A DNA stretch of 49,537 bases, from the NCBI GenBank assembly GCA_018398765.1, contig JAHBMJ010000358.1, positions 1 through 49,537 on the forward strand, read 5' to 3'. This DNA is from Chromera velia (lineage: Eukaryota). Shown piece by piece: positions 13,250-23,985 of the stretch. The notes under the pieces were generated by a model. It was not told where the DNA came from, did not search any database, and saw only the letters and a list, made by a program, of their open reading frames with translations. The translations under genes were made by a program, and so were the position numbers. Numbering within the stretch: position 1 is the first letter of the stretch; each line of letters begins with the position of its first letter.

Positions 13250-14146
13250 ATGGCTTCCAACTGGAAGTTGCAGTTTGTGCCGGCTGCGGAGCTTGCACGA
13301 TGTTTGGATTCCATCAGAACTGTAAAAGCGCTTCTGCTCGAAGCTTTTGGAGAAGACAGCGACATTGGACGGTCCGAGACCTTCAAAAACGCAGAAGGAA
13401 GAGAGGTGATTGAGTGTCTCCTTGGGTTTCACAGTTTTGAGGCCACTAGCTTCCTAATCCTCTGGAACCGGGGCGCAAGAGGGGACCAGAGGGACTGGCA
13501 AGCCGTTGGTGCGGTACAGTTTGTAAATACTGTGCTGACCGTCTATGTCTGCTCCCTTGCAGTGAAACCGTCCCATCGAAATCGTGGCATTGCAGGTGGG
13601 CTCTTGAAGGAAGTTGCAGTCATTGCTGCAGACCAGCTGGGAATCAGGCAGGCAACAGGGACAGTTGAGAGTCGCCTCACACATCTCGTTCGGTACTACA
13701 CCCGTCTGGGGGGGGAGGTGGACGCTTCCGCGTCTGCGGGAAGCGCCCCCCCTGCACTGCTGAGGATTCATAGAACAATTAAGGATGAAGAACTGGAGAA
13801 GTGGAGAAGCGGGACGCACAGGCAGGCATGGGAGTCTGCGAGTGGAACGTATGGACTCTCATCGTGCTATCAGATGTTGTCAGTGCCACTTGGACGTTCC
13901 GTAGGTCATTGGTGGAAAAGACTCGTAGATCTGAAGGACACAGCAGCCACGGGTTTCTCTTCTCTTTGGAGAAAAAGACTCAGCAGGCTGAGACTGACTC
14001 GGCAGTCACCAGCAGGAAGTGATCCGCTCCGCTTGAGCTTCTCCCACCAGTTGATACTACTCCTTGCCCCACTGGCAGCAATTTCTGCACTAATGTACAT
14101 GCGGTTTAACAGAAAAAGACAACATTTCACTACCGTAAGAAAGTGA
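13250..14146 (+). CDS. GNAT-family acetyltransferase with a C-terminal transmembrane anchor, single exon
   Basis: Acetyl-CoA binding motif A (VCSLAVKPSHRNRGIAGGLL) and a motif-B-like LVRYYTRLGG. C-terminal hydrophobic LILLLAPLAAISALMYM followed by a basic tail. ATG at 13250. Confidence 0.8.
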   Translation: MASNWKLQFVPAAELARCLDSIRTVKALLLEAFGEDSDIGRSETFKNAEGREVIECLLGFHSFEATSFLILWNRGARGDQRDWQAVGAVQFVNTVLTVYVCSLAVKPSHRNRGIAGGLLKEVAVIAADQLGIRQATGTVESRLTHLVRYYTRLGGEVDASASAGSAPPALLRIHRTIKDEELEKWRSGTHRQAWESASGTYGLSSCYQMLSVPLGRSVGHWWKRLVDLKDTAATGFSSLWRKRLSRLRLTRQSPAGSDPLRLSFSHQLILLLAPLAAISALMYMRFNRKRQHFTTVRK

Positions 14147-14834
14147 AGGAAAAGGTTTGAAAAAAACATGTCAGCTTAACAATGTATGCCATCGGTCGGT
14201 CTAGGCGATACAAAAAAATAGAAATAGACGTCAACCATTTTAAGAGGCGGGACAGTTCCCTATCTAACCATACATCAAACATAGTTAGTCTATTTAAGCT
14301 CAAATTTAAATATGACTGTTTCATTTATAAGAAAAGTTGAAAAAACTAGCGATTAAACACTTGATAAGCGCTAGGATAAGCGATCCTGTATGCTAGTGTT
14401 TTACATAATCCTGTTTTCATAAGACGCGCGTTTATTTTTCGATTTATGAGTATTTTTTATAAGACGCGAAACATAGCTAGCTAGGGTTGTGCCACGCCAG
14501 TGCAGGCTATCAGAGGTTGGATCAGGTTTAGGCGTTCTTGGTCTGATGCCGGCTAGGACACTGGTTAGAGTTGATCAATGGTGCTAGCAATGGTGGAACA
14601 ATTATGCACCTTTTGACAGTATAAGATAGTATAAGTCGATACCGCTAGATACCGGTAGTAGAGTCTGACTCGGAGTGGACCACGGGGAAACGCAGAACAA
14701 TACTAAGAAGATTAATCATCATATATGATGATTGAGGGTTTTATTATGCATTCCGTATTATCATATATCGGAGTCTCATCATAATTATGTATGGTGCATG
14801 TAGGGTTGTTTATAGTAATCAATCGATACTCGAT

Positions 14835-16173
14835 CTAGGGGTTATTTTTTTTAAAAAAAAAATTATTTTCACTTTTTTGTTTTTTATTTTTTTTCTGATA
14901 TCAAACTAAAAAATATGTTGTTTAAGTGTTGTTGATATGTTGCACGAATCAACAAGTGTTGTTTAAGTGTTGTTCATCATCATCATCATACGCCATCGTT
15001 GTCTGCCTAGACTAGTGGCCTAGCCTTCGAGGCTTCCAACGTTCGGTAAGAGACAAGCTCGGCAGCCCACGGCCTCCCCCAAAGGAGAAAGCACACATAA
15101 AAATACGACAAATGACCCCCAGCGGCTCAAAAAGGGCTTGTCCTAAACTATGAAAAAAGGCCGGTTGGCTTTAAACGCTGGTCTATCATAGGATTAAAAG
15201 ATGAATGGGGGGAGCTAAACTACCTGTCTTCTTCTATCCTATCTCTCTCTTTTTCTTTTTTTCTTTATTCTCTTTACTTTTCCTTGACTGGTGTTCGTAT
15301 ACTGGGAAACTCCTGCCATCACAGCCGTCCTGAAGTGTTCTATAGCGTGTGCATACGTGTGACTTGCTGTCCTAACCCAGGTGGAAAACCCCCATCGAGT
15401 CCTGCCCCTAGATTTTCACCGTCTCCTCCGATTTTCTTCTTCTACACAGCACTACCCTTTCAAAAACTGGCTGCGGCCGTAAGTGCAGCTTGTCTGGTCG
15501 ACATTGAAGGAAGGGGGAAACCTGGAAGGCTGGTATCTACCCCCAGGTGTGCGGAGTCACGGGCATAGCCATATTTGCCATGGTTCTGGGTCTGTGTACG
15601 ATAGAGAGCCCAGCTCGCAGGCGTCTCCTCAGTTGGTTGAAGCTTCAAGGTCGTTGTGGGTGTTTTGCTTCCTTTGCCTACTCTGTGGTTATCCTTTTGG
15701 CGCATTCACTGCTTGACAATGTTCCGGAGTGAGGGGACACCTGGTGACTCCGGGTGCCTCAACTGCATCAAGAGACTGGGGGAACAAGAAGTTTGCAGAG
15801 CCGTCTCCGACTGTTGAAGAAGAAGCTCACTGTGTTGGAAGCTGGAAGCCTTCTGCGGCCATGTGGGGCTGCCTGCTTGTTTGTCTACTCTCTTCGCACC
15901 CACGCCAAAGCCTGAAAAAGATCGTTGTTATACTACTGTTTCTTTATTATAATAATAAATAAATGTTGTTATACTGTTATATATATAGTTGTACAACTGT
16001 TGCTTTTGTATTCAATGTGTTGCAAGCTGTTACATATGGTTATGTCAGATAATAATAATATGTCTTAAATTGATGGAGATCATCATGCCGCCCCAGTGAA
16101 AAAGCAAAAAAAAAAAAAAAACATTGCTCTGGAAACTTTTTTTTTTGTTTTTTTTTTTTTAAGTAACCCCCAG
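14835..16173. mobile_element. Putative non-autonomous hAT-like DNA transposon (1339 bp)
   Basis: Ends CTAGGGGTTATTT and AAGTAACCCCCAG form an imperfect 13-bp inverted repeat. An identical 8-bp direct repeat TACTCGAT flanks it at 14827-14834 and 16174-16181. TGTTG-rich subterminal motifs; no transposase ORF. Confidence 0.5.
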
Positions 16174-16838
16174 TACTCGATCTACAGTACGATTTATTTA
16201 ATATAATTAAAAAAACATTTTAGTCTTTATTGCTGCAGCCTGGCTGCTGTTAATTAGGGCTGCTGTAAATAATAAATTTACAGCAATCATTGCTCATCAA
16301 ACTCCAGGTATAAAAAAAAATTAAACCGAGAGGCGGAACGAAAGGTCACACAAAACGCTTCATACATGCATCGCCCATCATTTGCGGGACATGCAGACAG
16401 AGTTCAAACTTCAAAGCAACCAAAGAACTTAATGCAATTGAAGAAGGCTTCACACAAATGCAGTTTATTATGCAGAGGCTTCGGAGCAACCAAAGAAGAA
16501 AAGCTCCACAGCACATGCAGACAGAACTCGGAGCATCAAAAAAAGAAACGCTTCACACGCATGTAAGCCTTCGGAGCAGCCAAAGAGGAAAGGCTCCACA
16601 GAACATTCAGAGTTCAAAGCAACCAAAGAAGAAAGGTCTTGACAGCGGAAGGACCTTGCGGCTGAACAAAATGTTTAAAAAAGAACGTTACAGCAACGCA
16701 GTGTAGACGTTAATTTGAGTTTGTTCAGGATGCCTTCCGCCCTCTGGTGAACGGCGGACTCGATTGTTCCTTTTTGCATATGTCTTTCACAATCAACTTC
16801 AATTTGAACGGACACCAAATCCGACTGTACGGCGTGCG

Positions 16839-17711
16839 TCATGATGCAGGGATAACACTGTTGTAGTGCTCTCCCAGAGAGAGCAGATAACGGTGATAAG
16901 ACAGACGAAGAGGAGCGAGGCCCTCTTTGAGAAACTGTTCTCCGTATGTGATCTCTGGATTCTTCTTACCGCTGAAGATCGTCACAGGACGCCCCAGGGC
17001 CTCTGACAACGCACGCACCTCCAGCTCCCCCCCCCACTCTGTGGTCGATCTGATCGTCTCACAGTACTCAGAGAGCCCCTCCTCAGTCTGACTCTCCTCA
17101 TCTAAGTAGGGAAGGAACTCGTCCTTGTGCTTCAGGATGAACTCTGCGCAAAGACGCCTCATCTCCTCAAAGGACTCTGCCTTGCCGCCCTCAGACAAGG
17201 AGAGCTGGTGCCCGAATGCGCGGTACAGACAGTTTCCGTCTGCCGCAATCTCGTGAATCTTCAGGTTCTTCTCTGCCAACTGGGCATCGATGTCTGCATT
17301 CTCTAATTCTCCAAGGGATGGGTCATCCCCCAATTCTTTCATGATCTGTTCTCGTCTCTGCTTCTCCTTCTCACTCTTCCTGTTCTTTTTCTTCTGAGAT
17401 TTCGAAATCTCTTGCGGCTGAGAGCCGTAAAGACTCAAGTTCTCCATGTTCAACGTGCCCGCGGCGTCTCCAGCTTGATCGGTTTCTGCCGTCTCCTGCT
17501 GATAAGCAGCCAACTCCTCCTCATGTTTCTTCAACAAATCTTCCTCCTCTGCCTTGAACTTTTCTTCTGCTTCTCTCTTATCTTTCTTGTTTTTGATTCT
17601 TGCCGTCTCCTTCTTTGCCCTGTCCTTCAACTCTTTCAACTCCTTCTTATGACGTTGAACGACCTTACCCCTTCCAGGGCGCGCGCTTTCGTTGTCCTCC
17701 ACGTCTGACAT
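16839..17711 (-). CDS. OTU-domain deubiquitinase (OTUD6B/Otu2-like), single exon
   Basis: Lys/Glu-rich N-terminus (QRHKKELKEL), catalytic IAADGNCLYRA, WGGELEVRALS and LSYHRY...LGEHYNSV. ATG at 17711. Confidence 0.93.
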   Translation of the reverse strand: MSDVEDNESARPGRGKVVQRHKKELKELKDRAKKETARIKNKKDKREAEEKFKAEEEDLLKKHEEELAAYQQETAETDQAGDAAGTLNMENLSLYGSQPQEISKSQKKKNRKSEKEKQRREQIMKELGDDPSLGELENADIDAQLAEKNLKIHEIAADGNCLYRAFGHQLSLSEGGKAESFEEMRRLCAEFILKHKDEFLPYLDEESQTEEGLSEYCETIRSTTEWGGELEVRALSEALGRPVTIFSGKKNPEITYGEQFLKEGLAPLRLSYHRYLLSLGEHYNSVIPAS

Positions 17712-18749
17712 GGCTTCAAGTGTATCGAACAAAGCCAAGGTCACACGCCCGCCAAGAGACTTTCAGAGTCAGTCTGAGAATCAACTCAACTCCTTTCTGG
17801 CTGGCACAAGCAACTCAGTGTGCATGGAAACGCTATATTATACACGTATCGAGAAAGAGGGGAGCTTGGTGATGCTTGGTGGGGCGCGCGCATCAGTTAT
17901 GCAGGATGCCACTTCCACAGGCTCCAGTGGCATGCCGGGGCCCAGCAAAAAATCCTCTGGACCAAAGCCTCTTAGTATTAATCCTCTGGGCCATCTTACA
18001 AAAAGACTGTCTGGAGTCTGGACGATGAAAGTGGAAAGACTATCATGCAAACAGACAGAAAGATAGAAGTGGCGAGTTCGTTATTCAATTAAGCACGAAA
18101 GATGAAAGTGAAGAGAAGTTTAATGTTTGCATGTTTATTTTGGTTTGTTCTTATACTATTCCACAACCATTCATAACTATTCAAACCATTTTAAGTTCTA
18201 TCATTTTTTTTTTTCAAAGTTCTTTATCTATCTTTGTCAAAAGTATTCAAAATTTGGTAAATTACCCATAGTGGTACATAAATTATAACTGAAATTACGC
18301 AAGTTTACACATTTTTTTTTCTTTTGTTTCTATCTCTAATTTTATATGTCCAGCTGCAAATGGGGCTTTGAATAAACATAAGTCTTTTCGGTTTTCCTAC
18401 TAAATCTCTTCCCAACAAGAATTTTACAGAAACGTAAACTTGTAATGTATTGCTATGGTGAATATGTTGAAAATTCTGCTAGAAATTCCTTGTGAGGAAG
18501 TCTTTGTTGTTTTTTGTTCAAATATTGTAAACTCCATCCTCCATCCTCCTCCAAATGATTCTGCTTTAAATTTCATATTTTAGAAAGACAAAAACATTCT
18601 TTGTGGTCCAGGAAAAGCCAACATCCAAACATATGAAAACAGAAAAGAAAACTAGAGAAATGAAACTGAAACAGACGTTAGCTTTTGTATGGAATTATCA
18701 ACCAGACGAGATTTAGAGCATATTGTTTGTTCCAATGAGGGGTCATACA

Positions 18750-19920
18750 CGCAGACAGACAAGAAAGATGAAGACTGAAAGGTCGTCATGTGAGGAGACA
18801 AGGAAGATGAAAGTGAAGCGGACTTTCTGCAAGCAAACGGGCTAGCAGATAGGATGAAACTGGAGAGGCCCTTAACACGCAGACAGGAAAGATGGAAGCT
18901 AGCGGAAAGTAGTCATGCAAACCGGTAAGATAGACAAAAGTGGAGAGTCGTCATGTTTGACAGCGCACGACAGAAGAAAGTAGAGACCCACCAAGCAAAC
19001 AAAAAAGAAAGATGGAAATATGAAAGTGGAGAAGCCGTCGTGCAAGAAGAAAGAAAGAAAGATGGAAGTGGAGAGGCCGTCATACAAACAGACAGAGAGA
19101 CGGAAGTGGAGAGGCCGTTATGTAAACAGACAGAAAGATGAAAGTGGAGAGGCCGTCGTGCAAGAAGACAGAACGATTAAAGTAGAGAGGCCGTCATGCA
19201 AACAGATAGAAAGATGAAAGTGGAGAGGCCATCGTGCAAACAGACAGAAAGATGGAAGTGGAGAGGCCGTCAATGATATGCAAACAGACAAAAAGATGGA
19301 AATGGAGAGGCCGTCGTGCAAACAGACAGAAAGATGAAAGTGGAGAGGCGCCATACAAACAGATAGAAAGATGAAAATGGAGAGGTGTCATGCAAACAGA
19401 CAGAAAGATGGAAGCAGAGAGGCACCATATAAACAGACAGAAAGATGAAAGTGGAGAGGCCGTCATGCAAACAGACAGAAAGATGGAAGTGGAGAGGCCG
19501 TCATGCAAACAGACAGAAAGATGAAAGTGGAGAGGCATCATGCAAACAGACAGAAAGATGGAAGTGGAGAGGCCGTCATGCAAACAGACAAAAAGATGGA
19601 AGTGGAGAGGCCGTCATGCAAAGACAAAAAGATGAAAGTGGAGAGGCCGTCATGCAAAGAGACAGAAAGATAAAAGTGGAGAGGCCATCACGCAAAGAGA
19701 CAGAAAGATAAAAGTGGAGAGGCGTCATGTAAACAGACAGAAAGATGGAAGTGGAGAGGCGCCATGCAAACAGATAGAAAGATGAAAGTGGAGAGGCTGT
19801 CATGCAAACAGACAGAAAGATGGAAGTGGAAAGGCCATCATGCAAAGAGACCTAGAAAGAGACAGAAAGATGGAAGTGGAGAGGCCGTCATTCAAGCAGG
19901 AAAGGTGAAAGTGGAGAGAA
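18750..19920. repeat. Minisatellite, ~38-bp unit, roughly 30 diverged copies
   Basis: Consensus AAAGATGRAAGTGGAGAGGCCGTCATGCAAACAGACAG; period 38 measured at 19441/19479. A few further degenerate units lie at ~18020-18140. Confidence 0.9.
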
Positions 19921-20979
19921 GTTCAACGTCTGCATGTTTATCTTCATATAGGACTTCTGGCCTGAAGATTTGATCTTCTCACCATGTGTCCAGACAGAAG
20001 CTTGATTAAACTGTGTATACAGAGTTCGTAATAAGGTCAGTCAAAAAGCTGCTGTTTAGCTGTACGCACAGACGCAGGATTGACTGCAAATTTGGACCTA
20101 CTGGTGGGCCTGTTACCTCTATCCTGCAGATATACAGGAGAATGTGCAGCTATGTCTGTCTCATACCAGTTCTTTTTTACCATCGAAGATCCTATAACTT
20201 AATTGAATGCATTGGCGTGGCCGAGATCGATCTTGTGCCATGCACCGGCGTCCCGCACATATTGCTTGAGGGGCACGTTTCTCTCTGCATGTTGTGCGGA
20301 GGGATGGATTGTTTTCTCGCGACCGTTCGCATGGAGCCCGCCATGCGTGACGGATAATGATTGAGGGTTTTTTCATGCATGCCGCGTCCCCATATATGAG
20401 AGGCGGATCGGTGGGTGTCGCGATCAGCTAGGCTTCACTCGCGCGCGTTACCCGTTGACCCAGGTCGCGGGGGTATACAGAACTAGACAAGAACCGAGGC
20501 CCTGGGCCCCGGCAAGCGGGGATTAGCCTGGCGATCCGAGACGGCAGTCTGATTCTCACCCCGGACAGTCCCCGTTCATGCATGCAGATTCATGCGTGCT
20601 GCGTGCAGAGTTTTGTTAGCCGGGGTGATGCCGGGGTGACACTGCCTGCATGAATTATTCATCGGCCCGCACAAATCAGCCAGGTGCAGAAATTTTCGAT
20701 CCCTTTCCTCAAACAGACCTCCACCATACCTCCACCTTGGAAAAGCAGTACAGCTGCGGCAGTAACAGCAGTAATAGCAGAGTTGTGCATGAGTCGTTCC
20801 ATTCCCCTAGCGTCGCTGGACCTATCAAAGTGGTCACGTTGAGGTTGCAGTTTTTTTCCCTTGCTGGTGCTCCTTCGTTGACCTTCTCCCCTCGTCTCAG
20901 GGAGAGGAAGCACTGCCCCACTTGACGGGGGCTTCTGTCCTGTTCCTGTCCACCCGCGTTTTTCTGGCTGTCAGTCAAA

Positions 20980-23900
20980 ATGGTGCGGGTAATGTTGAAG
21001 GGAGGGGTGTGGAAGAACAGCGAGGATGAAGTGCTGAAAGCCGCTGTTATGAAGTACGGACTGAACAACTGGTCCCGTGTCGCTTCTCTTCTCGTTCGCA
21101 AATCTGCCAAACAGTGCAAGGCGAGGTGGTACGAGTGGCTAGATCCCTCTGTGAATAAAACAGAGTGGACGAGGGAGGAGGATGAAAAGCTTCTCCACCT
21201 GGCCAAACTCTTCCCCACCCAGTGGCGAACGATTGCCAAGATGGTTGGCCGCACCGCCTTTCAGTGTCTTGAGCGCTACGAGCGCCTGCTCGATCAGGCA
21301 CAGGGCAAAACCGAAATGGACGAAAACGATCCCAGACGTGTGAGACCCGGGGAGATCGATCCCCACCCCGAAACCAAACCGTCGAGGGCAGATGCAGTCG
21401 ATATGGATGATGACGAGAAGGAAATGCTGTCGGAGGCCCGTGCCCGTCTTGCCAACACAAGAGGTAAGAAAGCGAAAAGGAAGGCGAGGGAGAAACAGAT
21501 GGAAGAGGCAAGGCGTCTAGCGACTTTGCAGAAGAAGAGAGAGTTGAAGGCAGCAGGAATCCAACTAGGCCAGTGGAAGCCTAAGAAACCCGGTGTCGAT
21601 TACGGAAAGGACATTCCGTTCGAACACCAGCCCCCAGCAGGCTTCCATGAGGTGGGCGCTGATGAGCGTCCCGAAGGCAATTTGAGTTTTGCAAACATTA
21701 GCCTTCAGCACTTGGAGGGGAAAAGGAGGGATGATGAGGATGCCCGACACCGAAAAGATGATGAGAGAAAATTGAAGAGACTCAAACAGGATAACCTCCC
21801 CCAGGCTATTGACATGATAGCCAAACTGAATGACCCAAACTATCACGTGAAAAGGTCCAAGCTTTCCCTTCCCAGCCCATCCCTCCAAGACCATGAGCTC
21901 GAGGAGATTGTCAGACTCGGGGGCAGCGCTGCTTCAGTTGGGGGTGGGTCGGTGTCAGGGGGGCATGCCCGGACCCTGGTGGATGATGCTGCCTCCGCTG
22001 CCGGTGGGGGGCTCAGCGGGCTCACCCCTATGCGCACCCCCAAGCAAGACAATCTGATTATGATCGAGGCACAAAACGCAGTAGCCCGAATGTCTGCCCA
22101 GACTCCTCTCGAGGGGGGGGAGAACCCCGAGATCATTGAGTCGGGCCTCGGGGCCTCCCGGACCGTCATCCCTTCCCGTCCCGGTGCCATGAAGACCCCC
22201 AACCCCCTGGCCATGCAGCAGGGTAGACAGGGGGCGGGGGGTGCCACTCCCGCACCTTCTGCCATTGGTCTTCCTTCCTATGCAGGGGGGGCGAGATCGA
22301 TGTCGGGGGCAACGCCCATGACCCGACGGGGGGGGGGGATGTTTAGAGATGACGTGCAAAGCATCCATCCTCAGTCCGAGATGGGGACCGAGAACCCAGA
22401 AGCAGACGAGGCAATGCTGCGTCTCCAGGTACGCACGTCTCTCGCGAACCTTCCGAAACCTCAGAACGAGATTGAAATTGCACCGCCTGAGGTGGATGAA
22501 AACGGTGACACAACCATGGGGGGTGTGGGGGGTGAGATTGAGGAGGATGCAGAGGATATTGCGAAACGGAAGGAGGAGGAGGAGAAGGCCCGATTGGAGA
22601 TGGAGAGACGGAAAAGGTCCAAGGTGGTGCAGGCGGGGGGTGTTCTTCCACGGCTGTTGTTCGTCAATACCCTTGTGTTGACTCCTACAGAGGGTGACAA
22701 GACAGGCAAGGGGGCAGAGGAACTTCAGGCCGCCGAGGCCGAAGTCCTTGATGAGATGAAGAAGCTGATCTTCCGTGACGCTATTGAGTTCCCACCCACC
22801 AGGGATGCTCCTCGCCCCCCAGAAACGCCGGAGGTTGAGGATATCTCCCTCGAGGCTCTCGAGAGAGCCGCTGCCGAGCTAGACGCCGAGACCGAATTCC
22901 TGCAACAGCAGATGCAGCATGTCGATGTGGCAGAGGAGAAGGTGATGAAGGCGTGGCAGGAATCGCTGGATGCGTTCGCGTATGCCCCGTCTCAGAAACG
23001 GTCAGTCAAAGAGTGGACTGAGCAGACTTGACACACATCAACTGCAAGTGGGGGAGGGCGGGGCTAGTAAGTAGCTTGGGAGAGATGGAATGGGAAAAAT
23101 CAGGAATGGCGGTTGCTATAATGTCTTCTGAATAACGAACCTTCCCTCAGCTCGTGAGCAGTGTCTGCCCGTTTGCCTCTCTCCGACTGGCTTCGACAGC
23201 GTCCCTTCATCCATTCTTTGCTCCCTCATTTCGCCCCGTAAGATTGCGATCAGCTCCCTTCCTTCCGGTGTTCCCCTGCATTCGATTGTGCCTGCCTGAA
23301 AGAAATTTCATCTCACTGAGGTACAAAAAAGTGATGAGAAGTTTTATGCATTCAAGAAATAGCGAGACTCCTTTTTCCAACCTCTAAGACAGGATTCCTT
23401 CTGCTTGTTCATGTGTCAAAGCCATTGTTTATTTTACACCGCCTTTCTGTCTGTGTCTGTCTGTCTGTCTGTGTATCTGTCTGTGTATCTGTCTGCAGGT
23501 TCATCCCAGCCCATCAGCTCCCTCGAGGGGATCGGGTCGAGACTGTGCGCCGTCAGCTGGATGAGCTGAGGGACCAGCTGCTGCGAGACAGCGAAAGGAG
23601 GACAAAGCTCGAGCAGAGGTTGGGGGTGAAGACCCACGGGTATATGAAAAGATCGAGAACTGCCCTCAAATCCACCGAAGAGCATTTCAAAGCACTCCAG
23701 GACGAGGAGATGAAATACTTCTCCTATGCCTACCTTCACGAGATTGAAAGGATGGCCGTCCAGCGGCGTCTGGACGAGGAGAGGGTGCGGGCAGAGAAGA
23801 CGTCTGACAGCCACGCGCAGCTGCAGGCGTTATTTGCGAGACTGAAAAACGACAAGAGAGACCTCCTCGATGCCTTGCAGCACGCAAACGCAATAGAGGA

Positions 23901-23985
23901 CGAGGAGGGGGGGGTGCAGGTGGTTCGTGTGAATGGGCACGGGGATCACCAGATGAATGGGGTGTCCTCAGTGGACTCCGACTGA
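20980..23985 (+). CDS. CDC5L: Pre-mRNA splicing factor CDC5L/CEF1 (Myb domain, Prp19 complex), 2 exons, ~835 aa
   Basis: Begins MVRVMLKGGVWKNSEDEVLKAAVMKYGLNNWSRVASLL...CKARWYEWLDP; contains PGEIDPHPETKP and EMLSEARARLANTRGKKAKRKARE. Exons 20980-23000 and 23499-23985 join in frame. Confidence 0.97.

Noticed and set aside
16366..16706. Degenerate repeats (GCTTCGGAGCA-CCAAAGA) downstream of OTU as a coding region
   Set aside because: Only short low-complexity ORFs with no motif.
18750..19920. CRISPR-like array
   Set aside because: Units are contiguous and diverged, with no unique spacers and no cas genes, in a eukaryotic context; it is a minisatellite.
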